Part shown: positions 38,001 to 52,600 of the stretch, piece by piece
How the letters are laid out: each line of letters begins with the position of its first letter
Numbering within the stretch: position 1 is the stretch's first letter
Assembly (NCBI GenBank): GCA_002633005.1
Contig: NMRA01000302.1
Location: 319,760-383,759, forward strand
Origin: Phoronis australis
Taxonomy: Eukaryota; Animalia; Phoronida
DNA: 64,000 bases
Reading direction: 5' to 3'
The notes under the pieces: generated by a model
Databases searched by the model: none
Seen by the model: only the letters and a program-made list of their open reading frames with translations
Told to the model about the DNA's origin: nothing
Made by a program: the position numbers and the translations under genes

Positions 38001-41000
38001 TGATCTAAGTCAGTTTTCATTTCACCATTTCACCTGTATTATGAATTTAAACCAAGTTTAACTTTAGACTTGGTCAGACCCAGGTTTAATACAGTTAAAT
38101 ATGTCAGACATGTACGGTATAGATGCAACTGAAGGATTCTACGACGTCCATTTACGACGCAGTTTAAGAGAATGGAGTATTTTCAATTTTCAGTATTACA
38201 GCACAAGATTAATAAAATAAACGTAGTAGGTGCGTATCCAGGATTTTTAAGGGAGGGGGATCGGATCAAGGATTTTTTTAAAAGGTGGTCCAAGTCAACA
38301 ACTTGAAAGTTATAAATTTGATATCACTAAAATCAAGGGAAAAGGGGGTCCGGATCCCTTGATCCACTGGACCTGTACATGTTGCAGGGTTTACTTTGGA
38401 CTCCTCAGAATACGACTGTTGGATCAGCGCCTGATCGCCGCAAGCGCTAAGGGTCTGACTGAAGACGGCATCTTCTGATTCTTATGTGTGAGTACTACTC
38501 CAATAATGGTCCCCAATTTTAGGTTGCAGGCAGGGGTCCTGCCTCCCCTCCCTTGGCCGCAAAACAGCACTAAAATGAGACGAAAATGAATTTTCTCAAT
38601 TATGTTGCGGTTAATCGTGAGCATGTACTTTAATGCGTGTGCGTGTGGTGGGCACAGACATTACAAAATTAAAAATGTCCCCTCATGATACCCTATATCT
38701 GACATTGTGTCCCTGAGGCGGATCCAGGATTTTGAGTTAGTGGGGGAGGCAGGGCAGAGTAATAGCCAGAGTTTTACCCGTCAGACATTTGCACCTCCAA
38801 GCTGTCAAATGGAATATGGGATAATTTCAGAGGGGCATGGCTTAAATGCCCCTCCCCCGTAAATTCGCCACTGGGACCGTCACCGTTTTTCTTTGAAATT
38901 TTATTAATGATGAAACTTTCTTCCTTGCCTTGATTTTTCAGTGATACCCTTTAACTGTTTGTCGCTGCATTTATCCGATTTTGGTAACTGCAGCCAGTCT
39001 GGACCAATATCTCTCTAAGTCGGCTGCTTAGGTTGACTTGATTTGGCACTAGTCTTCTTGTTCCAGGAGGGAACATTTTTAGACATTTTTCGGAAATGTC
39101 TACTACTGTGTGTCATTGTATACTTATGTGATCAAGGTTTCTTTGAAGCACTTCAATAGTTTCTTTGTTGGGTTAATCCAGGTCGACACAGTAGGGTGGT
39201 TTGGATACTTTAAACCTGGTTTTACTAAACCTGCTCTCTGGTCTAATAAAACCAGGCTCTCAGACTTTTAAAATAGGCTGGTGAAATGCAAGTTAGGTTT
39301 CAAATAAGACTGGGTTTAGGAAGACCAGGTTTAAGACTTGAACTTGGTTTTGTTAAATCACCTTTATGAAATCGGCTGCTAGAGTCTAGCCGCGTTTCTT
39401 GAGGTGGGGCTCGTCTCCGTTTGAATGAACGTGCATATGGAATTCGCTGTCGAAGATGGATCCGTTTAAGAACTTGTTTGCATGTCTTTCCATCTGGGAG
39501 TACGTACAGTTGCGTCACCCAATTTGTCAATCATAACCTTGTCACCTTTACAAAATTCCGATGGTTTGGTTGGCGCGCGTTTGATTGTTTTAGTGTTTTG
39601 CAGACGATAAACTGCATGACGTATGGATTTCTTCTTTACAGTACTTTGTGATTTGCTCATGTCATATCAAATACTTACTATACTCTATCACAATGCTACA
39701 AAAGGTAGCACTGTGGTGTTGTTTATCATGGCTTCTCATTGGTTAAAGTGATGAAACCGACGTCATAACTTTCAGTCATTCCCATTGGTTGAAATACGGG
39801 AAACCCTTTCAGTTTACTGTACCGTAGTATGGCGATCACCTTTGACTTGAATAGTTGCAATTTATTAAAACGGGCAGTGATCGAAGTAAACAAAATCAAG
39901 GAAACCCCGATTCCGTGGCTAAGCCCAAGCAAGTACAATGTATTGAAGGCGTGTGCAAGTGGTGGCGACGTGATCCATAAACTTCCGACCAAGCATGCGC
40001 ATTGATGCCCACACACGGAATTCAGTGTGTCGTTCATCATGTTTCCACAAGGCCACTTTCCATTATAGGTGGTGCTGTGTCAGAGGGTAGTGCTATATCA
40101 GCAGACACACAAAAGAACTCGTGCGCTGGCTTAAAGTCCTTCTCTCACGCGTTGTTAACCCTTATTGCATGGTTAGAAGATGTTATAAGGATCCAAGAAG
40201 TACCTACCCCATAACTAATACACGATCCGTACTCGAAAACAGTTTAAATGAACGTGCCACTCACGATTCGCACCCGAAGAAACACCGCTTTTTTGAACTT
40301 GCCGCGAACCCGGAGGTACAATTCATTCAGGAACCCAGGCCGAGAAAACGCCGCCAGTGCGACTGGAGCAGTGCCTGTACTGTTACCAGCCAGCAAACGG
40401 GGATAAAAAAAAATCGACAGCGCGCCTTAATTTTGATAAAATCAAACTACGGACAATTTTATGGAATTTGCTGAAGAAATGTGGCGAATAAATTTTGACA
40501 GAAATTATTTTGCCAGACTCGGGACCGCAGCCTATCGGACCCGGTGCGGATCGAGACCAGACACTGGCGAACGGTAAATGCATGCGGTTGCAAGCTGTTT
40601 TGTCGAAGTAAAATGGTCAAATGATAAATGCTGCATATATTCAAGGGTAGTTTCAGACACTTGCATGAAATTACGGGCTGGTTAGTCCTGTGTCACACTG
40701 CCGCGGCAGACCTTAGTTAGCCTCAGTCACCAGCTACCAGTGAAGACTATAGTCAAAATACAGCTTGTTAGTAGGCCTAGACAGCCTCCCGTTCAGTAGC
40801 GCTAGGACCTCGCTAAGAAGCAAGACTTCGCGAGATTACGTGAGATATTGCCGTGTATTTTAAATGAGAACATGTGACTTTGACTAGGATTTTGCAAGGT
40901 CCTAGCGTAGGTCCTAGCGTCTACTGAACGCACGCCAGCTTTGCGCCAAGACTACCCTTAGGCCTAACTGGTCGCTGGCCACAAACACAAAAAACACGAA

Positions 41001-44000
41001 AATTGAACAAAGTTTCTTTTTTGTAGCAACGTTTGTCAAAATGTATCAACGTTAAATCTTCACAAATTACAAAGTAGCCGATTGAACATGCCTTTCAGTT
41101 CAGCAAAAGTCGACATTGTAGGTGCCGCCAGAAATGAGACGAAGTCCAACGGGAATTGTGAGCACATTTATCACTTAATGAGTAACAACTGCGAGGCTGA
41201 AATTTGGTGAACACTGCTAAATCGTGCAGAATAGTAAGTAAAGATATGTCTAACTAAATTTCACCGTAATTTGTTGGCGAAAACAATTTACACAAAGTTT
41301 TAAACTCGTAACTCATCCCGCTGTCCTCCAATATGGCCGACGCGATCCAAACAAAGTGACCCAAATTTCGCCACAAAACTTGCAATAACTTTACAGTGCT
41401 TGCCCCGATTTTGATATTTTTTCGATTTTTACTGAGTAGAATGTACTACTTTTCCGATGATAGCAAAGTACTTTTTCAAAACGAGGACAAAATAAAGCCG
41501 AAAAAAATTGGTTCGACCCATATTGGTTCCTAGGTTCGAACCGCCTACGTAAGGAACTAACCACCAATGCTATTTTAACATACTAAGTACGCGTAACATT
41601 CCAAAAAAAATCAACGACCACTAACTACAAACTATAAATACACTACATATGCAAACGAATCACGATATATTACTAATAAAACAAAAAATAATGAAGACTT
41701 TTCGAGCAAGCCATAGCACATTCAGTTACAAGGAAAAAATGGCGGCGTTCAGGACAAGTTCCTGAACTGATGAGCCGGAAATGTGGGTACGGAAATAACC
41801 GATGACAACCGGTAATCATACGCTCAGAGAGAAAGGTCAAATACTGTTAAAAAATCGCTTTTGGCAAGAAAGGCAAAAAGAATATATAGAAAGGGTGTCG
41901 AAAATAAGAATTTATGTAGTAAGTATTTTCGGATACTGGAACCACATGGGCAGTTTGCAAGAAGGACTTTAAAAATGGTCTTGAATGAACCCATCCGGCA
42001 AATATACGGACAACCTTCGGGAGAGAGAGTATTCCGTGTGTCTAACGCTGCTTGCCAACATTGTTGTGAAAAACAACCACAGTCGGGGAACATTACTCTG
42101 ACAAGAGTTCTTCTGAAAAAAGTGAAATAGGGAACTTTAGTGTTTTAAATAAGCTTCCCGATAATTTTGCTATGGAGCTTGAGGCACACATAACACATTA
42201 AGAACTCTGGTATAGATTGAAAAGTTCGAAAAATGAAAAAGCCGCTGGTCAGATGGTTTCACAAATGAACTTTTCAAGTTGTTCTGGACAAATTTAGACT
42301 ATTTTCTTTAAGTCACATAAACGAAAATTATGAAAAATCGGAATGTTAAACACGCAAAAAACGGGGGTTATAATTTCAATTCCGAAGTCAGATAAGGCTA
42401 AAAATTCATAAAAATTGGAGACCAATAACTTTGCTCAGCAGTGTTTACAAGTTGGCATCCGGATTTTTGCTACACGTGTGTAATTTCCCCGGATCAGACG
42501 GGATTTATAAAAGGAGATGATGGGTGAAAACAGTAGATTTACAAATGAAATTATGAATGTAGTGAACAAATGGTATACAGGGGCTGTTATTACAAGTAGA
42601 TTTTGAAAAAAGCTTTCGATAGCTTCATAAATAACGTTTTGGATATTGTTAATTTTAAAGCCTCAATTAAGCGTAGGATTAAAACTTTTGTCCGGTGTCA
42701 TACATTGTTCAAAACGGTTTTCTGTCCAGAAGTTTTACTCTGAACAGGGGCTGTAGACAAGCTGACTCTCTTTGTCCACGTGTTTTCATCTCGTGTGCTG
42801 AAATACATGTATTATGGTGACGAAACAAGGTATGAAAATTAAAGGCATTCAAATAAGAAATGATGAATGTATACTTACTCAGTATGTTGATGATACAACG
42901 TTTTTCTTAGATGGTTCTCGGCGTAGTTTGGAAGCTACTATGGAAGTCTTGAGTAAATATGCAGAAATTTCTGGTTTGACTCCAAAACAACTATTATTTG
43001 AATGGGCAGTAAAAAATCTATAAAGATGTTTTTCACAATGCAAGGTGGAAGTTAGAATGGAGCATATCACAATTTAAGATACTAGGTATCAATTTCAGTG
43101 GTAACCTAAGAAAATGATTGACATCAACTACATTGAGAGGATTGATAAATTCAAATGATGGTGGCAAAATTATTCACATAATGACAACACTGCGTACTCC
43201 ATCAGGAATTATTATGACTGAATTTAAGGCAAAGAATTTAAGTATATTTGGAATAACAAAGGTGAGAGAGTGAAGAGAGATGTATTAAATAATTCTGACG
43301 ATGATGGGTACAGTGAAAATGATGATCATGATTCTTTAACAAGGCTATAAAAATTCCATGCCTTTGGATAAAAAGACTACTTACCTTTGAATCAAAAATA
43401 GGTGAAGTTATTTGAACTTGAAACAGGCATTGCGAAGTCAAATATTACAGTTTTGGAAATGATTATATTAAAACTCATACTGAAGTAACCAATCCTTTTA
43501 GAACGAAATTCTAAGTAACTGATCTTTTCTCATATATTAAGATCCCCGTAATGATGCAAACGGTTTACTCTAAACAGGTTTATGGCATATTGATGAAATG
43601 CTAATAGACAAAAAATCTATCTACTTTAGTAAGTACGCTAGTGGTGATGTTCTTTTTATTAATGACCTACTTGATGAAAATAACAGGTTTTACTTATTTA
43701 TTGAACATAAAAATATCTCAAAAATACCGGCACACTTTTTGGAATATTGATCTCTGATCGAGTTTATTATGTCGTTTCTGAAAAGAACACCATTACAAGT
43801 GCACTTCATTAAGATATATTGACCAATAATACCTTTTTATATCCGTGGCTTAAAGTGCACGTCAGTATGTAAAATGATATATGAAATTATTTGCCAATAT
43901 AAAATTTTGCCTATTGCCCAAAAAAGATATCAAGAGGAAGCTTTTAGCTTTGAAAGTGATGACGGGAAAAATAATATTCATTGTCATTTGAAAGTACGAT

Positions 44001-47000
44001 TTCACGTTATGTACACTGCAGTTTAAACTATTACATAGAATTCTTGTAACCAACTCTTTTCTAAAAAATAACGTGGTGGAATCTGATATATGTATTTTCT
44101 GCCAGTCACAAACTGAAACAGTAGATCACATCCTTTTCGAATGCAATAATATAAAAACATTGATGGAACAATTACGCCGTTGGGTGTTGTCGGTAAAAAG
44201 TATCAATTTCATTATTGACAAAAACAATGATTTTCGGCTTGCCCATAAGTAACTGAAATAAAGTTTTAAACTGAATTTTTTTGCAAATAAAATATTTATT
44301 TACGTATCTATGTGTAAAAATTATCTCAAATTTCCGCCATTTTGTTAAAATATTAGAAAGATAATTTTATACTTAAGAAGAATTTTTATTATTAAATAAT
44401 CGTAATTTAGATGAATACCAGGCAACCTGGAGAAACTGGTTAACCATATTTTTCCTGACAACATCCTACTAAAAGTGCGTGGGTATGTTGAGGGTGGCGG
44501 GTGCATGCGTCCATGTGTGTGTCTTCAAAATGAGAATGGCTTGCATTTTTGTCTTAGTATTTATGTTCTTTATACCATTAAAAAAGACAACAAGTGTCAT
44601 TGCAATGCAAAAGGTGAATTTGGGCGTTTGATTTGAGTGTGACACATATGTGCAAACTCATTAAGTACTATTTGAAATTCTTAAACATGAATGACGATAG
44701 ATTGCCAAGACGATGTTACATAATGCAGCGTGAAAACGATTTGAAAGGTCAAAAGAACTGGTTTACCTTAGTAAAATTTATCATTCACAACTGGATTTGA
44801 CTGTGTTTGGTTGCAACAAGGGGCTGGTGATGAAATGATTTTTAAAATTTTTTAAGTAAAGACATAGGGATATAAATTTTCAATTGTGGTCGTTTTCACT
44901 TGCAAATACGGATAAATGAAATTTTCACCGTTCAAATAAATCTGAATTAACATGCGAAAAGTATTTATGTAGTAGAATGTCATTACATAAAGTATTAGTT
45001 ATAGCAAATTTGAGGTGTTCGACGCATCATCTTATGACTGAGTTGAGTAGGGGAAACAATGTACCTTGACCAGAAAGAATTTGTAAAGCTTGTAACACTG
45101 ATGAAATTGAAACAGATGCACACGTTTTATTTGATTGTCCTATCCTTGCAGACCTACGGAAATATCTATTGCCACAATGTATTCTTGGAGATAGAAACAT
45201 TAAAGCACTCTTAGGTTCAGATTCTATTTCGCTTTAAGTAATACAACATCCTTCATTCAAGAAGCAATTGTAATTAAGAGCGAATTTTTGAGTATTTGAT
45301 GAATTGGCGAGATGGTACTTTTTGTTAATAAGTTGAACTGTTTTGTTGTTGTTGTTGTTGTTTTTTGTTATTGTTATTAATGTTACATGTTAACTCTTTT
45401 AAGGTCAGGTGTAGAAAATGTCTACTTATGATAGAACATGTTGAGTTCAAAATGTAAGTAATTTCTATTTCAACACAGTTTTGACACCGTCTCGTTGGAT
45501 CAAGGAGTTGGTGGCAAAATATCATTTAACGCACTTTGAAGTCATCGATATCATTTACGAAAACTGAATACGTGTTGCCAAGCTATAAAGTCAAATAATT
45601 TTTTTCAACAGCTAAGCGCCAGGCATTATTCAGACGTGCAGGACATTTTTACTCATTGTTAATGAAAGACATGTGAGATTACAGTCAGGCAACAGTCCAC
45701 GTCTTCATAACACAGCATAAAACCGTACCTATAATTATTTCCCTCTTTGTATGTGGTTTCCTTGGATATGATGTCGGTCCCTTTATAACTGAGTAGCTTC
45801 ACTTCGTGAATAAGCCTGATGTTTTTAAAATAACCATCTGTTTCGTACAGACTCACGGATCTTGGTCCTGAAAAGAAACCTTGAGTCACTCGACTTGACT
45901 GTCGTTCCGGAACTGCAAAAATTTAGCGAAAGAAGTTAAAGAGATCTCGTCATCGTTTATTACAGAGTGGAAATATATCGCAGTTTTATGTGAACTTGCA
46001 ATTTCAGGAGGCTCAGGTCCTCACGTCTACGGACTAAAGCACGCCAGGTGTCAATCAAAGTTGCGTCACTGACCAATAGACCAAGATCGTTCTCATGTTG
46101 TAAACAAACACCTTCTGATGACATTTTCCTCGGACACTTTTCTGTATGTTAAGACAAATGCAAGCATCGGTGAATTTGAGACAATAGGGTTAAAAGGTGT
46201 CGGAGAACATTCCGTAGATCAGATAGCAGATATCCCGATCGTTTAACGGGATATAAAACCTAGTTTTCGTCAGTCTACTAAGACTCGTTCTGTCACCTGC
46301 TAATTTATCATTTGAGTGAGGCTTAAACCAAAAATGCATACTCCCCATGCCACAGGTTGGGTATCGGGGTTCTTGGCGGGTAATCAGTGTATCTTGCGTA
46401 AAGCTTGGGTCACGCTTGTCCATTTAGCAAACTTTGAAATGAGATTTCAAATTTTGCTCCAAACTTTTGAGGGTTGTCGATGGTTACAGAGCAATATTTT
46501 TGTTTCAGAGAACTGGCACGGAAGGTCGTTTGGAATATCTGTTGCTTGGCCAATACTGGACTTGGTTCCCAGTTTATCTGGAAATAACTTTTTCTATTAC
46601 CAAAAAAAACCCTGACCGGCAAAACTTAAATGAAAGCGCTCCGAGGAGCAACACTTGGCGAAATTAACAGGAAAGACGACGATAGAGATGATGACAAAGA
46701 GGACGACTATGACGACGATGGTGGCGATGATGAACAATTCAAGTAAGGATAACATTCACAAGACGAACGTAGAGGCCAGACATCATATAGGCTACAGTCT
46801 TGAACGACACTTGGCGAAATTAACTGAAAAGACGACTACGGAGATGATGACGAAGAAAATGAATATGATGACGATGATGATGATGCTGAACAACATCATA
46901 AAATTCATATGAAGCACTTAGATGTCATAAATCAGCAAGAAATAGGCTACACTCTTGCCCAATAGAAACTAAACAAACATCAATGCAGCAAGAGCGCTCA

Positions 47001-49602
47001 ACAACGGAGCAGCGCTATCAGGAAATCTCAAATAATTCAAAAAGTAGACGTCCTAGCGAAAAATGGAAAACATCTTCTGAAAGCCCGTTTAAAACTTTAT
47101 GTAGACTGATGATATAGCTTAATTCCGTAAATTTTTTGAAAAATGAAATTTTGCGTTCTTTTTAAGAATTTCAAAGTCAAATTACTTGAAAAAGGTAAGT
47201 TTGAGAAAAAATTGTTCCAGGTCATATGAAAGGCTATACTTTAAAGAATCCACATGCAAAAATTCACGTCATTCTCTCTTCCCGTTTAAAATGGCACTCC
47301 AGTATGACTGAAAATAGATCAACATAAGCCAAATCCGCTATCTTGGAAGCAATTTCCGGTTTTTTAGATGTAAATAATAGAATGTCACAAGAAACTAACA
47401 CCTGCAAAAATTTGGAGGAATTGCCCCTATAATGCGCCCTCTACAAGAGAAAACGTTTTTGTCCCAAAATCGAGATGCGCATGCGCGATTGCCGATATTT
47501 CCGCCATCTTTAACCGGAAGTTAACAATTTCCGCCCTCTTCAGTAATTGTATCTATTCTCAGTGCCGTACGTACAAAATTATAGCCTCCAGGAGTATTTG
47601 AATCTTAAAATGGAAACAAAATGGCTGCCATATTCGTCACCTTGGATCCGATTATGACGAAAAACAATAGGCTTCCAGGACTTCCGAAACTACGGGTTAT
47701 GTGTAAATTTCGTGATGATCGGACAAAAATTGCGACCTGTAACGTGCGAACAGACAAACAAAAAAATGAAAGCGCTCTGAGGAGCGAAACTTGGCGAAAT
47801 TAACCAAAAAAACACGTTCGAGAGGACGAGAAAAGACGACGACAGAGATGATGACGAAGATGACAGCTATGACGACGATGGTGGCGATAATGGACAGCAC
47901 TAGTTATGATATCATTCATATGACGAACGTAGAGGTCAGAAATCACTAAGACATAGGCTACAGTCTTGAGCGACACTTGGCGAAATTAACTGAAGAAAAG
48001 ACGACGTCGGAGATGATGATGAAGATGACGAATATGATGATGGTGGTGGCCATGATGAAGAACATCGTAACATTCATATGACGAATTTAGATGTCATAAA
48101 TCATTAAGAAATAGGCTGCAGTCTAGTTCAATAGAAGCTAAACCAACCTGAATGCAGCAAGAGCGCTCAACAAAGGAGCAGCGTGATCACAAAATCTCAA
48201 ATAACTCAAAAAGTAGACGTCGTAGAGAAAAATGGAAAGCATCTTCTGAAAGCCCGTTCAAAGTTCTATCTAAATTGATGGTATCGCTTAATTCCGTAAA
48301 TTTTTAGAAAAAAATGAAATTTTGCGTTTTTTTTTTAAGAATTTCAAAGTCAATTAACTCAAAAACGCTAAGTCTGAAAAAAAATTGTTACAAACTATTT
48401 GAAAGGTAATACTTTAAAGAATCTACATGCAAAAAATCACGTCTTTTTCTCTTCCCGTTTAAAATCGCACTCCAGACGACTGAAAATGGGTCAACATGCG
48501 CCATATCCGCCATCTTGGAGGAAACTTCCGGTTTTTGGTTTTGTATAATAGCATGTTACAAGAAACTAATACCTGTAAAAATTCGAAGGAATTGGTCTGA
48601 TAATGCGCCCTCTAGAGGAGAAAACGTTTTCAAGCCAAAATCGAGGTGCGCATGCGCGATCGCCGATATTTCCGTCATCTTTAGCCGGAAGTAAACAATT
48701 TCCGGTATACTTGTAGCAAGCTTCCGGTCCATTTACTGTGCCGATTCTTAGCCTTTTACGTAAAAAATTGTAGCCTCCAGAAGCATTTGAACCTTTAAAT
48801 GGAAACAAAATGGCCGCCACAGCCGCCATCTTGGATCCGATTNCCAGTTGAACCTGACCAATGTCAACCACACACCAATTGGATGTTTGCACACAAGTAA
48901 GAGGATCTTTACCGAAGATGTGGTTTCTTTAAAAACCCCATTAAACTCTGCATTGTCACCTAAGTTGCGCGCAGACTTAATTGAAAAAATGTACAAAACT
49001 TCCCTGCCGCTCACTGGTGGTAATAGTTTACGAGACAGCATACATATTTCTCTCATTCCTTATATGGAGTTTGATCTTTTACCTTTCTGTTGAAGCCAAC
49101 CAAAAAGCTCAAATTCGGCTCAGTTCTAGCGAAATTAAAATACTTTGATCTACTTAGACTATGTAGCCATTTTGGAATGCCCGATTTTCTTCAAGTGTTT
49201 GTGAATCTTCTAATCTTTTCTGCAGACGGAGCTAAAATTTAATTACCCAATGTTAAAACAGCCATTCAAAACTGAGATAAAGTGGAGTGAGGCAGTAAGG
49301 GAGCGGGAGAGAAGGGAAAAAGCCAGCAGGACGGAGAAAGACACAGAGAGAGGAAGGGAGGGGCGGAGAAAGGGAAAGGGAGACAGGCAGCGAAGAAAGA
49401 AACGCGATATACATGTATATATGTACATATGCATACACATATACACACGCGCGCGCGCACCCACACACGCGCGCGAAGGAGACAGCCCGTTAACAACAAG
49501 TATTGTGCCTTTAACAAGTTTTGCACCATGCAAAACGTGCTGCCCAAGTACAGCAAGTCAAATATCTGCATATCTGTGTGTGTGTTTATGTGTGTGTGCG
49601 TT

Positions 49603-49648
<46 letters not shown>

Positions 49649-52600
49649 AGTGAGAGTGTGTGTGCGCGCAAGTGAGAGTGTGTGTGAGTGTATTTTGAGA
49701 GCCTATGACAAGTCTCCATTTTCTTACCTGCACTGAAGTCAGCCTGGCCTTTCATAAAATGGACTCTACAGACGATCGTCAATTTTTCACCGTTCTTTTT
49801 ACTGTTCCAGCCACTTGACGATAACTTCGAAATGCGGGGTAACCCTGAAATAAGTGCTCGTCCCCTGGATCAAATCTCTATAGGCCAACCGAATAGTATG
49901 CGTTTGATTAAGCACACCGCAACAAGAATGGTACCATAAACATGCCGAAGATTCATCAGAGTTTATGACCCATGGGAACCAAAAAAATCACTTTCAAGTT
50001 ATACATAGCACAAACCAAAGCAAACTTTATTGTTGTTGTTTTTATTTTGTATTTGATATATTTTTTTGAAAAACTATTGCTATGTCTACGCTCGAGCTAG
50101 GCAAACAGTTATCAAACAAGACGAGTGAATATCAAACAATTATGCTTTGAATTCAAGGCAAGAAACACAATAGAACCGGTTTCTACATAACTTTTGTGTT
50201 ATCATGTCCTTGTTGTTTTCTTTCATTAGTAATCTCACAAGTTTATAATAAGTAACTTAAAACCTCTAATAAATTACATTTGCTAAGTATTACTAAAAAT
50301 ATGCCACATGAAATGCTGAAAATTATACTGACATAAATCTTCATTAAGAAAGCACCACTGGATTTTTGAAGAACAGCACGAGATTGCAGCTATACTGACA
50401 CCAACAAGGATGTTTTTGAAAACAACATTCCCTTTCATGTTGAGGTCACGTTTACACTGAACTCAAAAATAATGTGATTTGTGTTTTCCAGCCTCACATA
50501 CGTATATCTGAGGATGAGGGCATTGTACACAAGTTGATGTGCCCATGCTCACTGGGTGATGGTGGGTATAACCAGCGGAGCTGTGATAGTCATGATGCTG
50601 TGCCTGTGGCAGATGCTGAGAATAGTCCATTACAGTGAAAAGGGGCCCGTTCCAAAAACCTAACTTAGCGAAGACAAATCTTAAATCTTAGTAAATTTGA
50701 AAATAAAAGTTAAATTTGCGCCAGTTATTAGTTTATTATTGTTGTGGCATATACATGTACGTTTGTGCGACCCCTGTCGAGTTGTCTACTTCTTCCGCTT
50801 TTGTGTCACGAGCTTGCGTTTAAATACAGTTACATATTTGGCTGCACTTTGGTGTTTGTTTGTCTACTGGCGTTGTCTAAAAACCCTTTCAAGAAACAGA
50901 TCTTAAGTTTGAGTTAAGTGTTTGACATAAGTTTTCTATTGATTTTAACTAACTTACTAAACGTGGAAGTTTCAAAGTCTGGAAGTTTTAAGACAAATCT
51001 TAAACTTAAGTCAAAAATGAACTTAAGTCAGCGTCTAGGAACAGGCCACAGGTCTATAAAAAGCGACCTGTCACCTGTATTTTGCTCATGCCTGTGAGTA
51101 TTTCGTATAAAGACAGTTTTGGAAATTCAGTTAAGCACACTCACTATGCATTCATGTGACTCTGTGAAAGAAAACACTGCTGACATGACGTTTGGAATGA
51201 CCTTTATCATGTTCCTTCCAAAGCCCTGTCTACCCCCCGCAAAATCCCAGATCCCCATGTGTGCAGTCTGCGTCAGAACGTTATTTCACTTCGTAATGCT
51301 GCTTAGTGTTGTTAATGCGCCCTTGATTTGTAACAGTGAGCATTCTGTACAAATGTCTAAAACTGAATTGTGACAAACCGAGTCATTTTTCTTGTGTGTC
51401 AGTTGAACAGAATTATAAAAAAGCGAATTTGCATGGGCTGAGAGTGTGCTATTTGGGAATATTGACAGGGCTGTTGATATATTTATTCATGTTTAGCACT
51501 GTATGTAGTCCTTATTATCCATTTAGCTAAATAATCAACTGTTTTGGCCCTGCGCAAAATATGGTCTACATCTTGTCCTCGCGAAGTAATTCAAAAGTTG
51601 TTGCAACCAGAGAATCAACTGACCGAAATAAGATACGCTTAGGGCCTTACACGAAACAGGGTCCGCTTCGTCGCTTTAGGTGCATCTCGAAAGTGGTGGT
51701 GACCGCTGAGGGAGAGCGGCAGTACGATAATTGTGACGACGGAAATTAAGTGTTGGCGCCACAGGGGTGTCTTTCATGAAAATTGACTTAAGACAGAGAT
51801 TTGGTCTTGCAATCCACTCACTTTAGAAAATAAATATAAATTATCTGAAAATATACTCATAAATCTTTCTTATTGATAAAATTTGTACAAATTATTTCCA
51901 GGCTATTGTGTATTGATGGTTACAGGACTAAACCTTGCAACTGTGAAGTGAAAACATTATTACGGCTTCACTGTATGCCTCTGACATGAATGTTCATTAA
52001 AGGCTGTATTATTGGCAGGTTCATAATAAGGTACGGGTTTTGGCAAACTAAACAAAGCACAATAAAACAAATTCATTATTTGACAGTTTTGTATAATGTT
52101 TGTCTGAAAATTAAGTATAAATACTGAAACAGCCATGACAATGTATTGCCAACAGCACATTCTATCAAGTCTTCAGCTGTTGAAGTACACTAGGCAATGA
52201 AAGGTGTTTTTCTCGTATATATTGCAGTGAAGAAAATTTTATTTTATTTCATTTTTTTTTTGATTCATCACTTTTGGTTTCTTTATCATAAATGAGGAAT
52301 TCGCAAGAGTCTACTGTTGTTATATGCTGGCCTTATACAAATATACTGACCACAACAACGGGCGTCTACCCCAACATATTTCCGCAATACAAGGGTTTGG
52401 TCACATATTGTGCCGCTTTATCTACTTTGCTTGGAGTCAAGAGTCAAGCAAATGATATTTTACTCAGACTCAGTACTTAACGTGTCTAATGCATGTATTC
52501 GTTTTTCCTGCTACTTAGTACTCGGATAAATGTGATTTCTTTATGGTACTAATAAACAGAATTTATGCCCGATATCATTTCCTAGTTTCATAATGAAAAT

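Noticed and set aside
46655-46912. Met/Thr-rich ORF
   Set aside because: Translation of (GAC/GAT)n subrepeats inside a tandem repeat unit.
49243-49733. Multiple overlapping 70-155 aa ORFs
   Set aside because: Produced by purine-rich and (TG)n microsatellite sequence lacking stops.
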